From Elsinoe ampelina (Eukaryota): 64,000 nucleotides of DNA. Under the pieces are notes generated by a model. The model did no database searches. It was not told the DNA's origin and saw nothing but the letters and a program-made list of their open reading frames with translations. Location: contig ML992501.1 of the NCBI GenBank assembly GCA_010093995.1, positions 2,173,320 to 2,237,319 of the forward strand. Reading direction: 5' to 3'. Made by a program: the position numbers and the translations under genes. This document shows, piece after piece, positions 12,889 to 25,446 of the stretch; the stretch's first letter is position 1, and each line of letters begins with the position of its first letter.

Positions 12889-15333
12889 TCAGCTGAACCC
12901 AAATACCCCTCCCTGCTGTGCGAACTTGGCTTGGTACTCCCTCAAGTCGGCCCAGTGGCGGAGCTCGACCTCCTGGCTCTCCTCGGCTTCGGTTTCGGTG
13001 CCAGCCTTTTCGAGCTTGACGAGGATCTCGAGGAAGGCTTTAAGGTACTCTTCCGCCTGTTGGGCGACTTCGCCTTTGCGCTCCTTTGGGACGTCGAGGA
13101 GGGTGGATGCTATGAAGCGGATCTTGTGGGCCTGAAGCTTGTTAGCAGTGAGATTATGACATCAAGGCAGCGTACTTACGAAACTATCTCCGTTGGGCTC
13201 CATGTTGACGCGATCGATTTGACTGAGCACGATCAGGAGGCTGCGAATGATGATTTCGCGCTCCCTAGACATTTCTCCTTCAATATCTTCAGGGGCACTC
13301 CACGGAACAGACTGGTTGGGGCGCGGCGGCAACATGCTGTCCAGTCGGCCTGTGATGATGCTTGGGCTCAGAGCTTGTTCTTGTCCAGCAATGACAGCGT
13401 GAGAATGTGCCGACGGATTATTCCTGTGTGACCGGGCTTCGTACGCTGACCAGAACTTTTCGACGATGTATGATCTCGTGGCCAGTCCTGATGCATAGAT
13501 GTTTGCCTTTTGAATCTCCCTCTGAAGAGCTCGTCTTTGCTCTGGCGATTGCTCCAGACCATCGGCGCTTACTGAAGCAGGATCTCGCAATCCCATCTTC
13601 ATATGGAAGGCAGCTAGAGGATCCCGAGAGGGCTGATCAATATCGGACTCGCCGGGTACCAATTTGAGCTCATCCGGAAGATCCTTCATGGCATGCTTTG
13701 ATGAAAGCAGACAATCATGGTAGATTTTTCTCTGACGCTCCCAGTCTACCACAGAGTCGATACCCCAAGCCATTTCCATGACAGTCAACGGCTGGTAGGA
13801 CAAGAAGATCCGAACGTTGGCGTTGAAACCAGCAATGGTCGGCAGAAGGCCTGGCGGTTGCTGCTCGATGTGCGTGGGGAAGATGCAGAAGTCCTCGACC
13901 TCGACGGGTAGAGGCGGATATGGATCCGTGGGGTTCGACGGGGGGATATACATTTCGCCATTGGAGGCACCGACCTGGCTGATAGATCGTGACGTGACAA
14001 AAGCAGTCCAGAATACACGACGAGAGACCTGCAACGTGATGTGATCATGGACTTCCTCTTTGCTGCCTTCATGACCGGGACCGTGTGAGCCGTACATCGT
14101 GGGTAGCCCACCAAGGTCGAGGAAGGTGTTGTCTTTGGCTTTGTGAAGACCGAGGGCTTTGATGATGGTGAGGCACTCGCCGAGATAGAGTCGGCCCGAT
14201 CGCCAGCGAAAGGTGTATGTCCCCGCCATACCGAGGAGATAACTTGTTGCAGCGTCGTGGACGGTCAAATGTGGGCTTTCCAAGTATCCAGGACCGCGAG
14301 CAGCCGAGCAGATCTTGAAGCACTTATCGACAAGTTCCACATGGTTTGCATACAGATTCTCACGTCGTTGAGCCTTGAGATGCAGTCTGGGTTTTCGAGG
14401 AAAGGATGCGACCAGGGCAGCTACCATAGAGGCCAGTAGGGCCAGGAAAGGCCTGTTCGTGACATCTTCTCGCCGGCGCCATGCTTCACGAAAGCTTGGC
14501 TCATGGGGAAAGGGGCAAAGAGGGTGTATGTAAGTGAAGTAGTCGTTGATCAGGAGGTCGATCGTCTCGATTGGGAGGATGGATTCAGCCGAGAGCTGCT
14601 GCGTGGGTGCTGCAGGATGCGATGATAGGGCTGCTAGTGCTTGAGCTGCATGTGTCGGAGACGAAGGAACTGGCGGACCAGTCATCTGCTGGGCAGGCAT
14701 CTGCTGAACAGGCGATCCATTGCTCTCTTCCAGCTTCCTGCGCTTGATGGCTTCGGCATGGCGATTTGGCGGACCTCGACGGCGGCTAGGACGATCGAAA
14801 GTGCATGGAAGCTCGAGAGCTGCACAGGCCTTACAAGGAGGTCCCGATTCGTCGCATTTCACCTTTCTGATAGAACAGGAGTCGCAGGCTTTGCGGAGAC
14901 GGAACAGCTTCTGGTGCTGTGTGGCCGCACTGCCAGGTGTCTGCGACTGCTGTGGCTGGCCTTGATCTGGTGTCGGCGGAGCATGGTGATGTTGCTGCTG
15001 CGGGGTGGAGTCTTGGTGGAAGTGATCGGGGTGTTGTTGATGTTGCTGTGTTGGTGATTCGTGGTGAAACTGGTTGGCTTGAAGAGACTGCTGATGCTGC
15101 AGCTGCTCGATCCGTTGCTCGATCTGGCTACTGGTTGTCGGATCTAGACCTTCATGCTCTACCTTTGGGTAAGGTAGAGGTTGTTGCTGGAGTTGGGCAG
15201 CAAAGTTGATCTGTTCTTGTTGCGCCGCGTCAAGGACTGGCGGCTGCTGCTGCTGCTGCGGCGCGGAGGCAGGCGGATATATTGGATTGTAATGCTGCTG
15301 ATCTGGCTGTGGCGGCGGAGGATAATTGGACAT
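12889..15333 (-). CDS. Zn(II)2Cys6 transcription factor with fungal-specific TF domain
   Basis: Complete cluster ACDSCSIRKVKCDESGPPCKACAALELPCTF, Q/P-rich N-terminus and YFTYIHPLCPF / RRVFW middle region. Intron 13132-13179 leads to a last exon ending ...GGVFGFS*. Confidence 0.9.
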
Positions 15334-16190
15334 TGTGAGCCGTGTTGGACGATACGTCGTCGTGCAGTATAGCCGACGATAATCCGCAGGATTTGAAGGA
15401 GGAAGAGATCAAAGGCTGACGCGCGATGACCTTCTTTCTTTCACGCGTCGCAAGCTCAGTCCGTCATCGCATGTGATTCCGACGAGGTGAATCCGTGAGT
15501 GCAGGCGTGCTGTCGTCCTCGATCACGAGCTGAGGTTGATTAAGGGCAGGAATCGCGTCCAAGTGGAGTTTTTGGGACCCCGACGTGCCTGTCAAACCTG
15601 GGAAGACTTGGCGGGCGTCGGCCACGAAACAAATGCCTCCACCTCCTCCACTTCTCCGCCTCATCACCACCCTGAAAGCAGGAGAGACTCTGGAATACGC
15701 GGAATTAGGTCGACCAGCAGAGATTGTGTGTCGCATTTGCCCGGTCACAAGTGCTCGCGCTGGTTGAACAGCATGATATTTGTGGCGACGACGTGTATAC
15801 ACCACTTGATACCGCTATCCTCTGCACCATTGGCTGTAGCTCACTCCAAATGCATGTGGTTCTCAGAGCACTGCCCGTGACATGTAGACCAATTGAATGC
15901 CAAATGTAAAGACTGTATCTCGACAATGCTGTTGCACTTTGATGCATGCTCATTTCCAAAAGTCCGCAATCTCCGAAAGGACAGGTTGAGATAAGTTTCC
16001 AGCTTCATTTTCCCGCATGCTCAGTAGTCAAACCACATTGATTCTTCCTTGATCCTTCACAACCACAGCCGTAGCCTTCAATTCTTGAGCTGGTTTCTCG
16101 ATGATCACTCCTTGACCCACACAAGGCCCACCTCCTTCAGCGAGTGTCACTTCCAACGCAGAGGGCGCCAGTCCCTCGAGTACCTTCGAG

Positions 16191-17423
16191 ATGCATCTCC
16201 TCCACACCCTCTCCCTCCTCATCCTCCTGCCACTTCTCGCCTTCGCCGCCGAGGATTACTACAAGCTTCTCAACATCGACCGCGACGCCTCCGACCGAGA
16301 CATCAAGCGTTCATACCGCCGCCTCTCCAAAAAATACCACCCAGACAAGAATCCGGGCGACGAAACCGTAGCCAAAAAATTCGTCGAAATTGCCGACGCC
16401 TACGAAGCCCTCTCTGACCGCGACCTCCGCCGCATCTATGACCAATATGGGCACGAAGGCGTGGAGCAGCACAAGAAACAGTCCTCCGGCGGCGGCCGCC
16501 AACACGCCGACCCGTTCAACCTCTTCAGTCGCTTCTTCGGTGGCGGAGGCCACTTCGGAGGCGGCGAGCGCAGGGGTCCGAACATGGACGCACAGGTCGG
16601 GGTACCGTTGAGAGATTTCTACAATGGCGCGGAGCACGAGATCAAGGTCGAGAAGCAAGCGATTTGCTCGGCTTGCGAGGGCAGCGGCAGTGAGGACGGG
16701 AAGAGGGAGACCTGCGGAAGATGTCGTGGCCAGGGCGTGGTCATACAAAAGGCTCAGTTGGCGCCAGGGATCTTCCAACAGATGCAGATGCAGTGCGACC
16801 AGTGCGGAGGACAGGGCACACAGATCAAGCACCGTTGTAAAGTCTGCGGTGGCGCCCGAGTAGTCAGAGAAGCCGAGACGCACAGACTAGTGGTAGAGAA
16901 GGGTATGCCAAAAGGTGGCAAAGTCGTCTTCGAGAATGAGGCGGATGAAAGCCCGGACTGGACGGCAGGAGACCTTGTCGTGGCCGTTGTGGAACTCGAG
17001 CCCAAAATCGGCGACGGCAGCGAGAAATTCGATCAAGTCGACGGCAATTTCTTCAGGAGAAAGGGCACCGATCTTTACTGGCGCGAAGTCCTCAGCCTTC
17101 GGGAGGCGTGGATGGGCGACTGGACGCGGAACCTCACGCACATGGACGGTCACGTTGTACGACTAAGCCGGAAACGAGGAGAGGTCACGCAGCCAGGCAC
17201 GGTACAGACGGTGGAAGGGGAGGGCATGCCGATACACAACCACGAGACCGGACCCGAATTCGGTAACCTGCTCGTCGAGTACACGGTCGTTCTGCCCGAT
17301 CAAATGGAAAAGGGCATGGAGAAGGACTTCTGGACCATGTGGGAGAAGTGGCGAAAGAAGATTGGCGTCAGCCTGCAAAAGGACAGTGGGCGGCCGGAGA
17401 GCACGGGGCATGATGAGTTGTAA
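16191..17423 (+). CDS. SCJ1: ER-luminal type I DnaJ co-chaperone
   Basis: Signal peptide, J-domain with HPD, four CxxCxGxG-type zinc motifs and C-terminal HDEL. Single exon. Confidence 0.92.
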   Translation: MHLLHTLSLLILLPLLAFAAEDYYKLLNIDRDASDRDIKRSYRRLSKKYHPDKNPGDETVAKKFVEIADAYEALSDRDLRRIYDQYGHEGVEQHKKQSSGGGRQHADPFNLFSRFFGGGGHFGGGERRGPNMDAQVGVPLRDFYNGAEHEIKVEKQAICSACEGSGSEDGKRETCGRCRGQGVVIQKAQLAPGIFQQMQMQCDQCGGQGTQIKHRCKVCGGARVVREAETHRLVVEKGMPKGGKVVFENEADESPDWTAGDLVVAVVELEPKIGDGSEKFDQVDGNFFRRKGTDLYWREVLSLREAWMGDWTRNLTHMDGHVVRLSRKRGEVTQPGTVQTVEGEGMPIHNHETGPEFGNLLVEYTVVLPDQMEKGMEKDFWTMWEKWRKKIGVSLQKDSGRPESTGHDEL

Positions 17424-18164
17424 GAGTACGCTGGATACCCATAGACGGAAGACATGGCATGGTGGGTGGGGTGTTGTGAGAAGTAGACGAGAGTCATGTA
17501 TGCATAAAGAAGCAGAATGTAGCTTGTCTAAAGCCCCCAAGGGTCCTATCCTACCCCTCATCAGTTTCACCGGTCCATCGTACGTCTAGCAAAATGTCAG
17601 CACCAATCACTACCACGTCAAGCACATCCACCTCACTTTCCTCCCCACGACAGCGGAGGGACAGGGCCATGGCATCCGTCGGGCCCCTCTGGCCATGCAC
17701 CTTGGCCGACCACACCGATCCCGGCAATCGATCCCTTCAGCTACGAGGTATGCGGTGAGATTTTTCAAGCACAGAAGGTTGGAACGCAGAGGAACTTGCA
17801 TTGCACGGAGCTCGGCAGGGGCGATTCACAATGCCCGGGTGACATCAGGCTTTTCACGCATGCTCACACATCTAGAAGGTCGATGCAGTAATTTATCCTG
17901 TGGTAGTATTCACTACATATCATACCTAGAAACAGAGCCTGGTGTTTTGTGCCCCCCCACTGTACGTCGGGTCCCATAATCTACATCGCTAATATCACTC
18001 TTTCACATATCCATCATGCCGCTGACAGGGCCAAAGCCTTTCATTCATTTCAACAAAAAAAAAGTCCCAATGCTCCGTTTTGTATGTCCGAACCAAGGAG
18101 ATGTAGAAGCCGAGATGTTTCCCTGTACCGCCTGTATATGCAATGAGTTGAGTTGGTGTGTCGT

Positions 18165-20996
18165 TCAATAAGCTGCCCGTCCGCTCCTCAAGCTGTACCG
18201 GTGTTCGACCTCCGGACAGCGCTGGCAGTTTCGCTCCCTGTGGCGACGGCAGACTACGTAGCTGTCCCGCATGTGCTGGGCGAGACTTTCGAGGACTTCG
18301 TCCGTGTCGCCTACGTCCACTTCATCGTCGAGATCCTCCTCTTGTTGGCGATAGGTCTTGAAACGTTCGAAATCTCCTACGTGTCTGTAGCTGGCTGGTC
18401 TGTGGTGTTCTTCGTCGTGTTCTGGGTGCCACTCGTCGTCTTCTCGTCCGGTCCAAAGCTCTTGGCCAGCAATGTCGGTGTCTGCTTCGGTGTCGCCGTC
18501 GCCGTGACCGAGGGCCATGCCGTTGTTGGTATTGCTGTGGCTGTGCGGGGTCTCGTATGCCAGTGGAGTCACAACACGTCTCGCACTCGTGCTGTCACTG
18601 GCCCGATCGGTGGGGTGATCCGAAGCGAATGGGCTTGGAGGCTCCCTCGATAGTCTGGGAGTAAAAGCAGGACCTGGTCGAGGACGATGCTGAGATGACG
18701 AGATGGAAGTACAGCGCTTCTTCGACTGCAAAGCCGATGTCTCAAACGAGGCTACACGCCGCTTGCTACGATTCAGAGCCGACGAAGATGGCTCACCCTC
18801 TGATGGAGGGATCGATACAGTCCGGCGACGAGGAGAGCGGAGTGTGCGAGCTTCGGAGACTGGTGAGACCATTGGAGATGGGATAGGAACAGCGTGTCGA
18901 ATAGTGCGGTTCGAAGCCTGAGACTTGGTCGACCACAGCGATTGATTGCTGGTGTTGGACGTGAAAGACTGGTCGACGAAGCGTGGCGTATCGTACGTGG
19001 GGTTGTGAACCCAACAGGCTTCCGAGTCAAGTCTAGATGAGCTTCCATCAAGACCAGGACCAGTGCGAGGCGAGGATTGCCGTATTGGCCGAAGAGCCTT
19101 TATAGACTGCCAGGTCCAGCCATCTCCGGTCTGCTGGATGTAGGAATCTGGTAATGTCAGGTAGAGCCTACGCTGGTGACCTTTGGCAATCATGAAAACG
19201 GAAGCTTCCAAAAAGGCAGGTGTCCAAATTGCGGACGAAACCATCTCACCAGGAGCCAGGAAACGAAGTCTGGACACCTTCTTGATCTTTCTGAGCGGCA
19301 CGAGAGGCTCTCGAAGCGCGTCGTACTCAAGCCGGGATGAGGAAGTCGGCGGTGTGGTGGTGGGGTTGGACAGCACATGGGCAAATGCTGCTTTGCACCG
19401 TTGCATGAAGGTGTATGCATCAGCAGAGTCGATATCGATGTTCTGCACCAGACCACGACTCCACAGCCTCTGGTAGACGACACCATTGGGGCCGCACGCC
19501 TTTGGGCTGAGCCAGTCTTTGGCGCTATCAGCCCATGCTTGGATAGAGTCTATTGACCAGCCACTTGGACCAGATGATCCTTCAGTGAAGATGCCGTGTG
19601 CGCTTGAATGTGCCCCGCTCCACTCGTCCCTTGAGTCTCGTCGATCAGCTGCATCGCTCATGGTTGCAGCCGCTTGCCAGACCCCAGGCAGGTGGCGACC
19701 CCATGGTAACAAGACAACCTCGACACGCCACGGGTTTCCAGGTGAGGGTAACGTGCTTTCCAGAACTTCGATGCGAGATTGCAAGGCCTCGATGCGGCCA
19801 TTGTACTCGGCGTAGACCGCTGCTGTCGCTGAGACGGCAGAAGAAGATGAGCGGCTGGAGTCCTGACTTGCCCCGTCGTCCGAGTTGAACGAAGCTGTCG
19901 CCTCGGCAGGCAGAAGTCGTCTTTTCCTTGGTCGGCTCTCGTCCTCGTCCTCTTGAGACGGAAATCTGCTCTCAACGTGGTCACGGAAGTCTTCCAAGGT
20001 GATCAATCGCCCATCGACCTGCTCGAAACGATCTTCGACTTCTTCCAATGGCACGTGCGTGTAAGATAGGCTCTCGAGGAAGTCAATTCGCTTGGTGCAA
20101 CTCTTGACAAGATGTTGCAATTCATGTAGTGATGGCTCGTTCACCACGCCTCTAGAGATTCGGACTTCGTCCGCTCGGACAGATTGCTGAGTGTGGGTAT
20201 CATCATGTGGCGGACTGGCTACCGAGGCTGAGTCGTGACGTGGGGTTCTGCGTTGAGGAAATAAAGGCTGAGCCTGACCCACAGAAGGAGGACCCATTGC
20301 CGATGGAGAAGCATTCTGAGCCATGTGATGAGGCGATGGTCGAGTCAGAAGGGGTGTACCATCCATGCTTGGAGTGTTGATCTCAGTAGCGCTGCCAGCA
20401 TCGTTGATATCAGTCTGTCCTGTTTGTCCCAGACTCCGCATATTGATGACCTGTCTCATGAAGGCTTGAGACGAATTGTAGCCTTGACTCGTAGGGACGC
20501 TAGGTGTTGCGGTCGAGGGTAAGGCGGACATACCATCCGAGTCGCTGCCGGTATGTCTTCGTTGGTAGGCGTTGAGCGCATCCCAGATGCCAGTCTGTGC
20601 AGGCGCGTCACGCAGTCCCAAACCCACGTTCCGAGGTGGAGATGGTCGTACCCAGGGTATGGTATCCTCTTGAGAGACTGGTCGTTGACTTGCTACATCT
20701 GCCACGCTCTCTGCATCGTATTGGCTCCTCGCAGGCATTGGAGGTCTGCTCTCTTGTCGCACCGTATCGGACTGCTGGTACTGGTCATGGAAGCACGCAT
20801 GATGTCCACAAAAGCACCACACAGCTCCATCCGAGCTATGTACTCCGTTCTGTTTGCTCGCGTCCGGCCAGAATCGTCGACAACCACATTTGGGCGCATC
20901 GTTGCTTCGAGTCAAATCGGCGAAGTTGCAGCTGCCTGTTGGTAACGACGACGCATGACTGTATGGGTCATTGTTCGGGGCCGACCAGGCCGCCAT
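18165..20996 (-). CDS. Uncharacterised 943-aa protein with N-terminal Cys/His motif and central coiled coil
   Basis: Long uninterrupted ORF. Contains CGCRRFW...WCFCGHHACFH, coiled-coil-like segments and an ordered block (WRVEVVLLPWGR...WLSPKACGP). Confidence 0.8.
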   Translation of the reverse strand: MAAWSAPNNDPYSHASSLPTGSCNFADLTRSNDAPKCGCRRFWPDASKQNGVHSSDGAVWCFCGHHACFHDQYQQSDTVRQESRPPMPARSQYDAESVADVASQRPVSQEDTIPWVRPSPPRNVGLGLRDAPAQTGIWDALNAYQRRHTGSDSDGMSALPSTATPSVPTSQGYNSSQAFMRQVINMRSLGQTGQTDINDAGSATEINTPSMDGTPLLTRPSPHHMAQNASPSAMGPPSVGQAQPLFPQRRTPRHDSASVASPPHDDTHTQQSVRADEVRISRGVVNEPSLHELQHLVKSCTKRIDFLESLSYTHVPLEEVEDRFEQVDGRLITLEDFRDHVESRFPSQEDEDESRPRKRRLLPAEATASFNSDDGASQDSSRSSSSAVSATAAVYAEYNGRIEALQSRIEVLESTLPSPGNPWRVEVVLLPWGRHLPGVWQAAATMSDAADRRDSRDEWSGAHSSAHGIFTEGSSGPSGWSIDSIQAWADSAKDWLSPKACGPNGVVYQRLWSRGLVQNIDIDSADAYTFMQRCKAAFAHVLSNPTTTPPTSSSRLEYDALREPLVPLRKIKKVSRLRFLAPGEMVSSAIWTPAFLEASVFMIAKGHQRRLYLTLPDSYIQQTGDGWTWQSIKALRPIRQSSPRTGPGLDGSSSRLDSEACWVHNPTYDTPRFVDQSFTSNTSNQSLWSTKSQASNRTIRHAVPIPSPMVSPVSEARTLRSPRRRTVSIPPSEGEPSSSALNRSKRRVASFETSALQSKKRCTSISSSQHRPRPGPAFTPRLSREPPSPFASDHPTDRASDSTSARRVVTPLAYETPHSHSNTNNGMALGHGDGDTEADTDIAGQELWTGREDDEWHPEHDEEHHRPASYRHVGDFERFKTYRQQEEDLDDEVDVGDTDEVLESLAQHMRDSYVVCRRHRERNCQRCPEVEHRYSLRSGRAAY

Positions 20997-21778
20997 GAGC
21001 GACCAACGACAGCGCTTGGTGCATTACATGCAGCTGGCCAAGTATGAGTAGCGGTGAGGTTGAGCTTGAATGCGCTCTGGATCTTTGGAGACAACCAGAC
21101 CAGTCGTTGCGGTCGCTGAGCTTTTCGTTCTCAATATCGTGACTTTTCGGGGTGGTACAAATGAAATATGTTTCGGGGCGGAAGAGCGACAGCAGGGTAC
21201 GAGTCACTCTGTGTTTCCCCCCACGACCGACGACCTTTGCCTATCTACCCAAGCAACTTTTAGAGCTGCATAAGTCGAAACGCGGCGAAGCTCCGAGCAT
21301 TTGAATGGTCCGGAAAGGCCCGCGGGCCCACTCGTGGCGCTTGGGGAAGTCTAATCTGCCGTCTGGACGAACAAGAGGGCATTGGGTTTGCTTTTTCAGT
21401 TAGAAACCGTCCATGTATGGCGAGCAAACAATGGACCCGGATCACACGTCCAAACGCGCTCCTGCCGTCATGATTCTGCGAGCTGAGCCGTGAAGCTGGG
21501 CTGGGTTAGTAGTAGATACACGTGATCAATCAACACCCATATCCCCCACGCTCACGAGACGACGAACCCGGCAACCAGGGAACTCGTTAGGGATGAACGA
21601 CACCCGCTCATTTCAGCGAGTGCCAGCAGTATGATATTGCTTCGATAATTCTACATCCGTGTGACCCAAGCGCCCGTGCGATTCATTATCGCATGCTCGT
21701 CTGATACATCTACAATGCTGCCATCATTCCGACTGTATGCAAATCGGACTATCCCTCTTCTGCAGGCGAGGAGACCGA

Positions 21779-23350
21779 CTAAGCCACCACGTCCTCGACC
21801 ACCTGATCCATTCCTCCTTCAACGACACCGTCCTGCTGATGCTGCTGCCTCTCCTCCCCGTCCTGCTCCATCCTGCCGGGAAGGATGAGCTCTTCCTGTC
21901 CTTCGGAGCTGTCGAATTTGCGGTCGCTAACGTGATCACCAGTCCATTTATTCGACTGCTTTTGCCCTTCCTCGTGCTTGAAAACGCAGTGAGGGTTCAA
22001 GCAAGGGTTGTACCTGCACTGAATGGTCGAGTGCGAGAATCGGCATCCAGAATCCTTTTGGGGGCAGTCTGCTCCATTCCGGCATGGTGGCGTAGAGGGA
22101 TGTCTGAATGGGCAGGCTGGGTTTGTGCCTGTCATGTTTGTTAGTATCATCTGACTTCTGCCAACGATACGAGACTGATAATGGCGATACATACAGTTTG
22201 GAAAGAACTTGCAGTCTACTGCTGACGAAAGGTGCTGCCTCCTTTGTGCTGGTGAGGGGTGCGATCCGACGCACTTCTTGTTCGTGCAAGCGGCGCCGTA
22301 AGAGCAAGTGTCCGAGACGTCTATCGATATACCTGGTGGAGCTGCAGGCGACTGATGAGCGTATGGGCAGGTCGGACTTGTGCACTGGAGTTGGAATTTG
22401 CAAGGGACTTCTGCAGGCGCACCCTTCGATCCGTCCTCTGCCATTGATGTATCATCGCCCTCGGCTGGGAAGTCTTGCCGCTGCTGTCTGTGATGTCCGT
22501 TTTGGCGTCCGCCGCGATCGACTCGGTCGAATAATGATTTGCCGCCTCGTCCTCGACCATTGTTGAAAAATTTGGGGTTAAAAGCAGCTTGTTGTCCACC
22601 GGGTCCGAGAATCTGCGCCATCATTCTTGATTGCTCCTCCAACATCTTGAAGAGCTGCATCTGCTGTTGTGGTGCGACGTTCTGTGCCATGCTCTGCATC
22701 ATTTGTGCATTCATGGGTTGTCCTCCTCGCCCACCACCCGCCATCATGTTTTGCATCTTCGACGCCATGCCTCTCGGGCCGGCTGGAGGTCCCCGGTCGT
22801 GTGAGCTTATCCGCGATGCTGCGCCTCTTACTTTGTGGATTCCGACATCTCCGTTCCTGTCAAGAGCGCTTCGCATCTGGCCAGCCATTCTTCGGTCTCG
22901 TCCCCGCTGTCCGCCAGCCCCACTGCCGTTCCGCATCGATTTTGGTCCTGTAGGGACGGCACCAGCACCTGCGGTATCTATTGCGCCGCTCATGGTGGAA
23001 TCTTGACCTGATGCTTCGTCCGTCATCGACCCTTGTTGTCCATCATTCTGCGAGGGTTGTGCTTGGTGCGCCGATGCCCCGTTTGACTGACCCGTCATGG
23101 TTGCGACCTGATCGAATAGCCATCTTACAAATTCTGCAGCGCCAGCGTCGTTAGGCTCCAGACCAAGCAGATCAGTCGCAAGTTCGTTGGCTATTTGTCC
23201 CTGATCCTTGCCATTTGAGAGCATCAGTATTATGTACTCGGAAAGCGCGACGTCATCTCCTGCTCCCGAACTCCAGCCGTTCTCTGCTAGTTTGGGTTGA
23301 ATGGCATTCTGTAGGGCTTCGGCGAGAGGTGTGCCTGGTTGTACATCCAT
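21779..23350 (-). CDS. NAB2: Nuclear polyadenylated RNA-binding protein Nab2-like (PWI-like N-terminus, tandem CCCH fingers)
   Basis: ALSEYIILMLSNGK PWI-like fold and five CCCH fingers (e.g. CKFQLQCTSPTCPYAH, CRYNPCLNPHCVFKH). In-frame intron 22129-22194 interrupts finger 3. Start at 23350 or 23359. Confidence 0.88.
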   Translation of the reverse strand: MDVQPGTPLAEALQNAIQPKLAENGWSSGAGDDVALSEYIILMLSNGKDQGQIANELATDLLGLEPNDAGAAEFVRWLFDQVATMTGQSNGASAHQAQPSQNDGQQGSMTDEASGQDSTMSGAIDTAGAGAVPTGPKSMRNGSGAGGQRGRDRRMAGQMRSALDRNGDVGIHKVRGAASRISSHDRGPPAGPRGMASKMQNMMAGGGRGGQPMNAQMMQSMAQNVAPQQQMQLFKMLEEQSRMMAQILGPGGQQAAFNPKFFNNGRGRGGKSLFDRVDRGGRQNGHHRQQRQDFPAEGDDTSMAEDGSKGAPAEVPCKFQLQCTSPTCPYAHQSPAAPPGISIDVSDTCSYGAACTNKKCVGSHPSPAQRRQHLSSAVDCKFFPNCMYRHYQSRIVGRSQMILTNMTGTNPACPFRHPSTPPCRNGADCPQKDSGCRFSHSTIQCRYNPCLNPHCVFKHEEGQKQSNKWTGDHVSDRKFDSSEGQEELILPGRMEQDGEERQQHQQDGVVEGGMDQVVEDVVA

Positions 23351-23739
23351 GGTCGCCATTCTTGTGCAAGACTGCGCACAAGGCGCGGAGGTCGTCGCGT
23401 GGGTTCGTGGGTGGTCGGGTCGTGTGTAAACGGCTGTCTTAGATTACGAGACGAGTGGTGCGCGGTGTTATATTCAAGAGTGAATGTCGTAGCGATAGAA
23501 GGTGTAAGAAGATTGTGGCAGGAATTCAGAGTCTTTGTCAGAGAACAAAGCTGTGAAGCTTGTTGCACGCAGTCACACAGCCAAGGCCAGATGCGGTCGG
23601 AGCAAACTCACGTCGAGGGCTCATCTCAGCAACCCAGATCCGGCTTATGCACACAATCACATGGCAATTACATTCATTTGTGATATAGCGATCTCCGTAA
23701 TATTCTAAGGACATTACCATTGTCATGGACATAAGAATA

Positions 23740-25446
23740 CTACTCTAGATCCTCCGGCCTCTTTGTCGGCGGACTCGATCTGTCGCCATGGCTTGTAGTC
23801 GCTTTTCGGGTATCATCTGTTCCATCTCGTTGCACACTCAAGCTGTTCCGGATGAGATTGTTCGTGCTGTTATCGTTATACGTCTCGGTGCCAGCATGCG
23901 AGACGCTCTTTTGTCGTTCGTGGGTGTTCAAGATTGATTGCCTTCTTTGCACCTTATCATGCGCGTCCTTTCTTGCCTCCTCTTTCATGCTCTTGAATTT
24001 GATAAAATTGTACACCGCTATGCTCAAAATTGTAACGACAAGTCCAGAGAAGTTAATGACCGTCAACTCGTCCCCGAAAGTGGCTGCCGCGGTCAAGATG
24101 GTCAAGACCTCCTTGAAGATGCCGCAGACACTGAGGGTGACGACGCTCGTTCGCTTCAGCAGAGCGAATTCAGAAGCGGTCATGAGGAATGCTAGAAGTC
24201 CTGGAAAGAGAAGGACACCGATGGCCTGAGCTAATCCTCTGGCATCGATGAGACGCTGAAAGCCAGCAGCGAACTCGACCGGACCCTCCACAGGGAAGGC
24301 GATGATGATCAGCGTGAAGAACATGACGGGCGCCAGAAAGAAGATGGAGGAGAACGGATTGCTCGTGGCAGGATTCCGTATGAGAAGAATCTGTGTCAGA
24401 CTCCATCGAAAGCCGGAGAAGCACGAAGCGGTCATGATGAGTATGAATCCCAAGGCGTGAAATGCTGTTTCTCCTGCCACCATCATCACAACGCCAGCAG
24501 CCATAGTAAGGATAATAGCGGCCAACTTCCACGAAGGTCGTTCGAGTCGGAACAAGAAGGCGAAGATCAAGACGAATCCCAAGACAGATGATTTGCACAT
24601 GGTGTAGAATGTGAGCGATATAAACTTCAGGGACATGTTTCCCAGTCCAATATCTAGTCCTGTTGCCGCTCCGCAGGGCGATATGCGAGTCAGGTAGAAG
24701 AACTTTGTCATGATAGGCTGTTTCGTGGAAGGCTGTGGTTGGATTTCGTCCTCGTTGTTGGACTGTGATACTGCTTGGTAATGCTGTGATGATCCGCTAT
24801 TGTTCGAATTTGGCCGGAACGAAGGGATGATGTACATGACCAGAGCGGCCAGCGAAAATTGGATTATCATGTGGAAGCTGGTGAAGAAGAGTGGGTAGTG
24901 AAAATCGAGCTTGTCCTTTGACAGCACGAACTTGTTGAACTGTCGAGATATTTAGAAACATTCTAGCATGCATACTGTCACACTTACCACAGAGATGCCG
25001 ATGGAGAAGCTGTACCACATGGCTATCAATAGTGCATTGATTGCCGACTCCTTGACCAAGGTCTGGTATGCCAAGTTCTTCTCATCCGTCTCGACGACAT
25101 GGTCGTGTGCAATGCGTTCGTCCAGTAAAGTGTTTCTCCTCTTTTGTTTCCGTCTCTTGCGCTTGTCGACGTCTGTGAGACCAGTCTCTTCATCATCCTC
25201 AAGCCCGTCATCGGAGTAAATGTCCTGCATCTCCCAATCTGAGCTCGATTCTCGAGAAGATCCGGCTGAATGTGGCTGCCCTGTCCGCGGTTCCCGTACG
25301 TCTTCTGCTTCGGGGATCTTGGGTGAGTGGGAGAGGCCAGAAGCAGTCGAATTCGAACGAAGGCGGTCTTCGATGAGTGCAGTAGATTGCAAGACAGAAG
25401 CACTTCGCCGACGGGCGTGTCCCTTTGTCGACTGGTCGTTGTCCAT
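23740..25446 (-). CDS. Triose-phosphate/nucleotide-sugar transporter family protein (SLC35C2/YMD8-like)
   Basis: WYSFSIGISVFNK, FHYPLFFTSFHM, ATGLDIGLGNMSLKFISLTFYTMCKSS and SVVTLSVCGIFKE. Intron 24940-24987. Confidence 0.88.
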
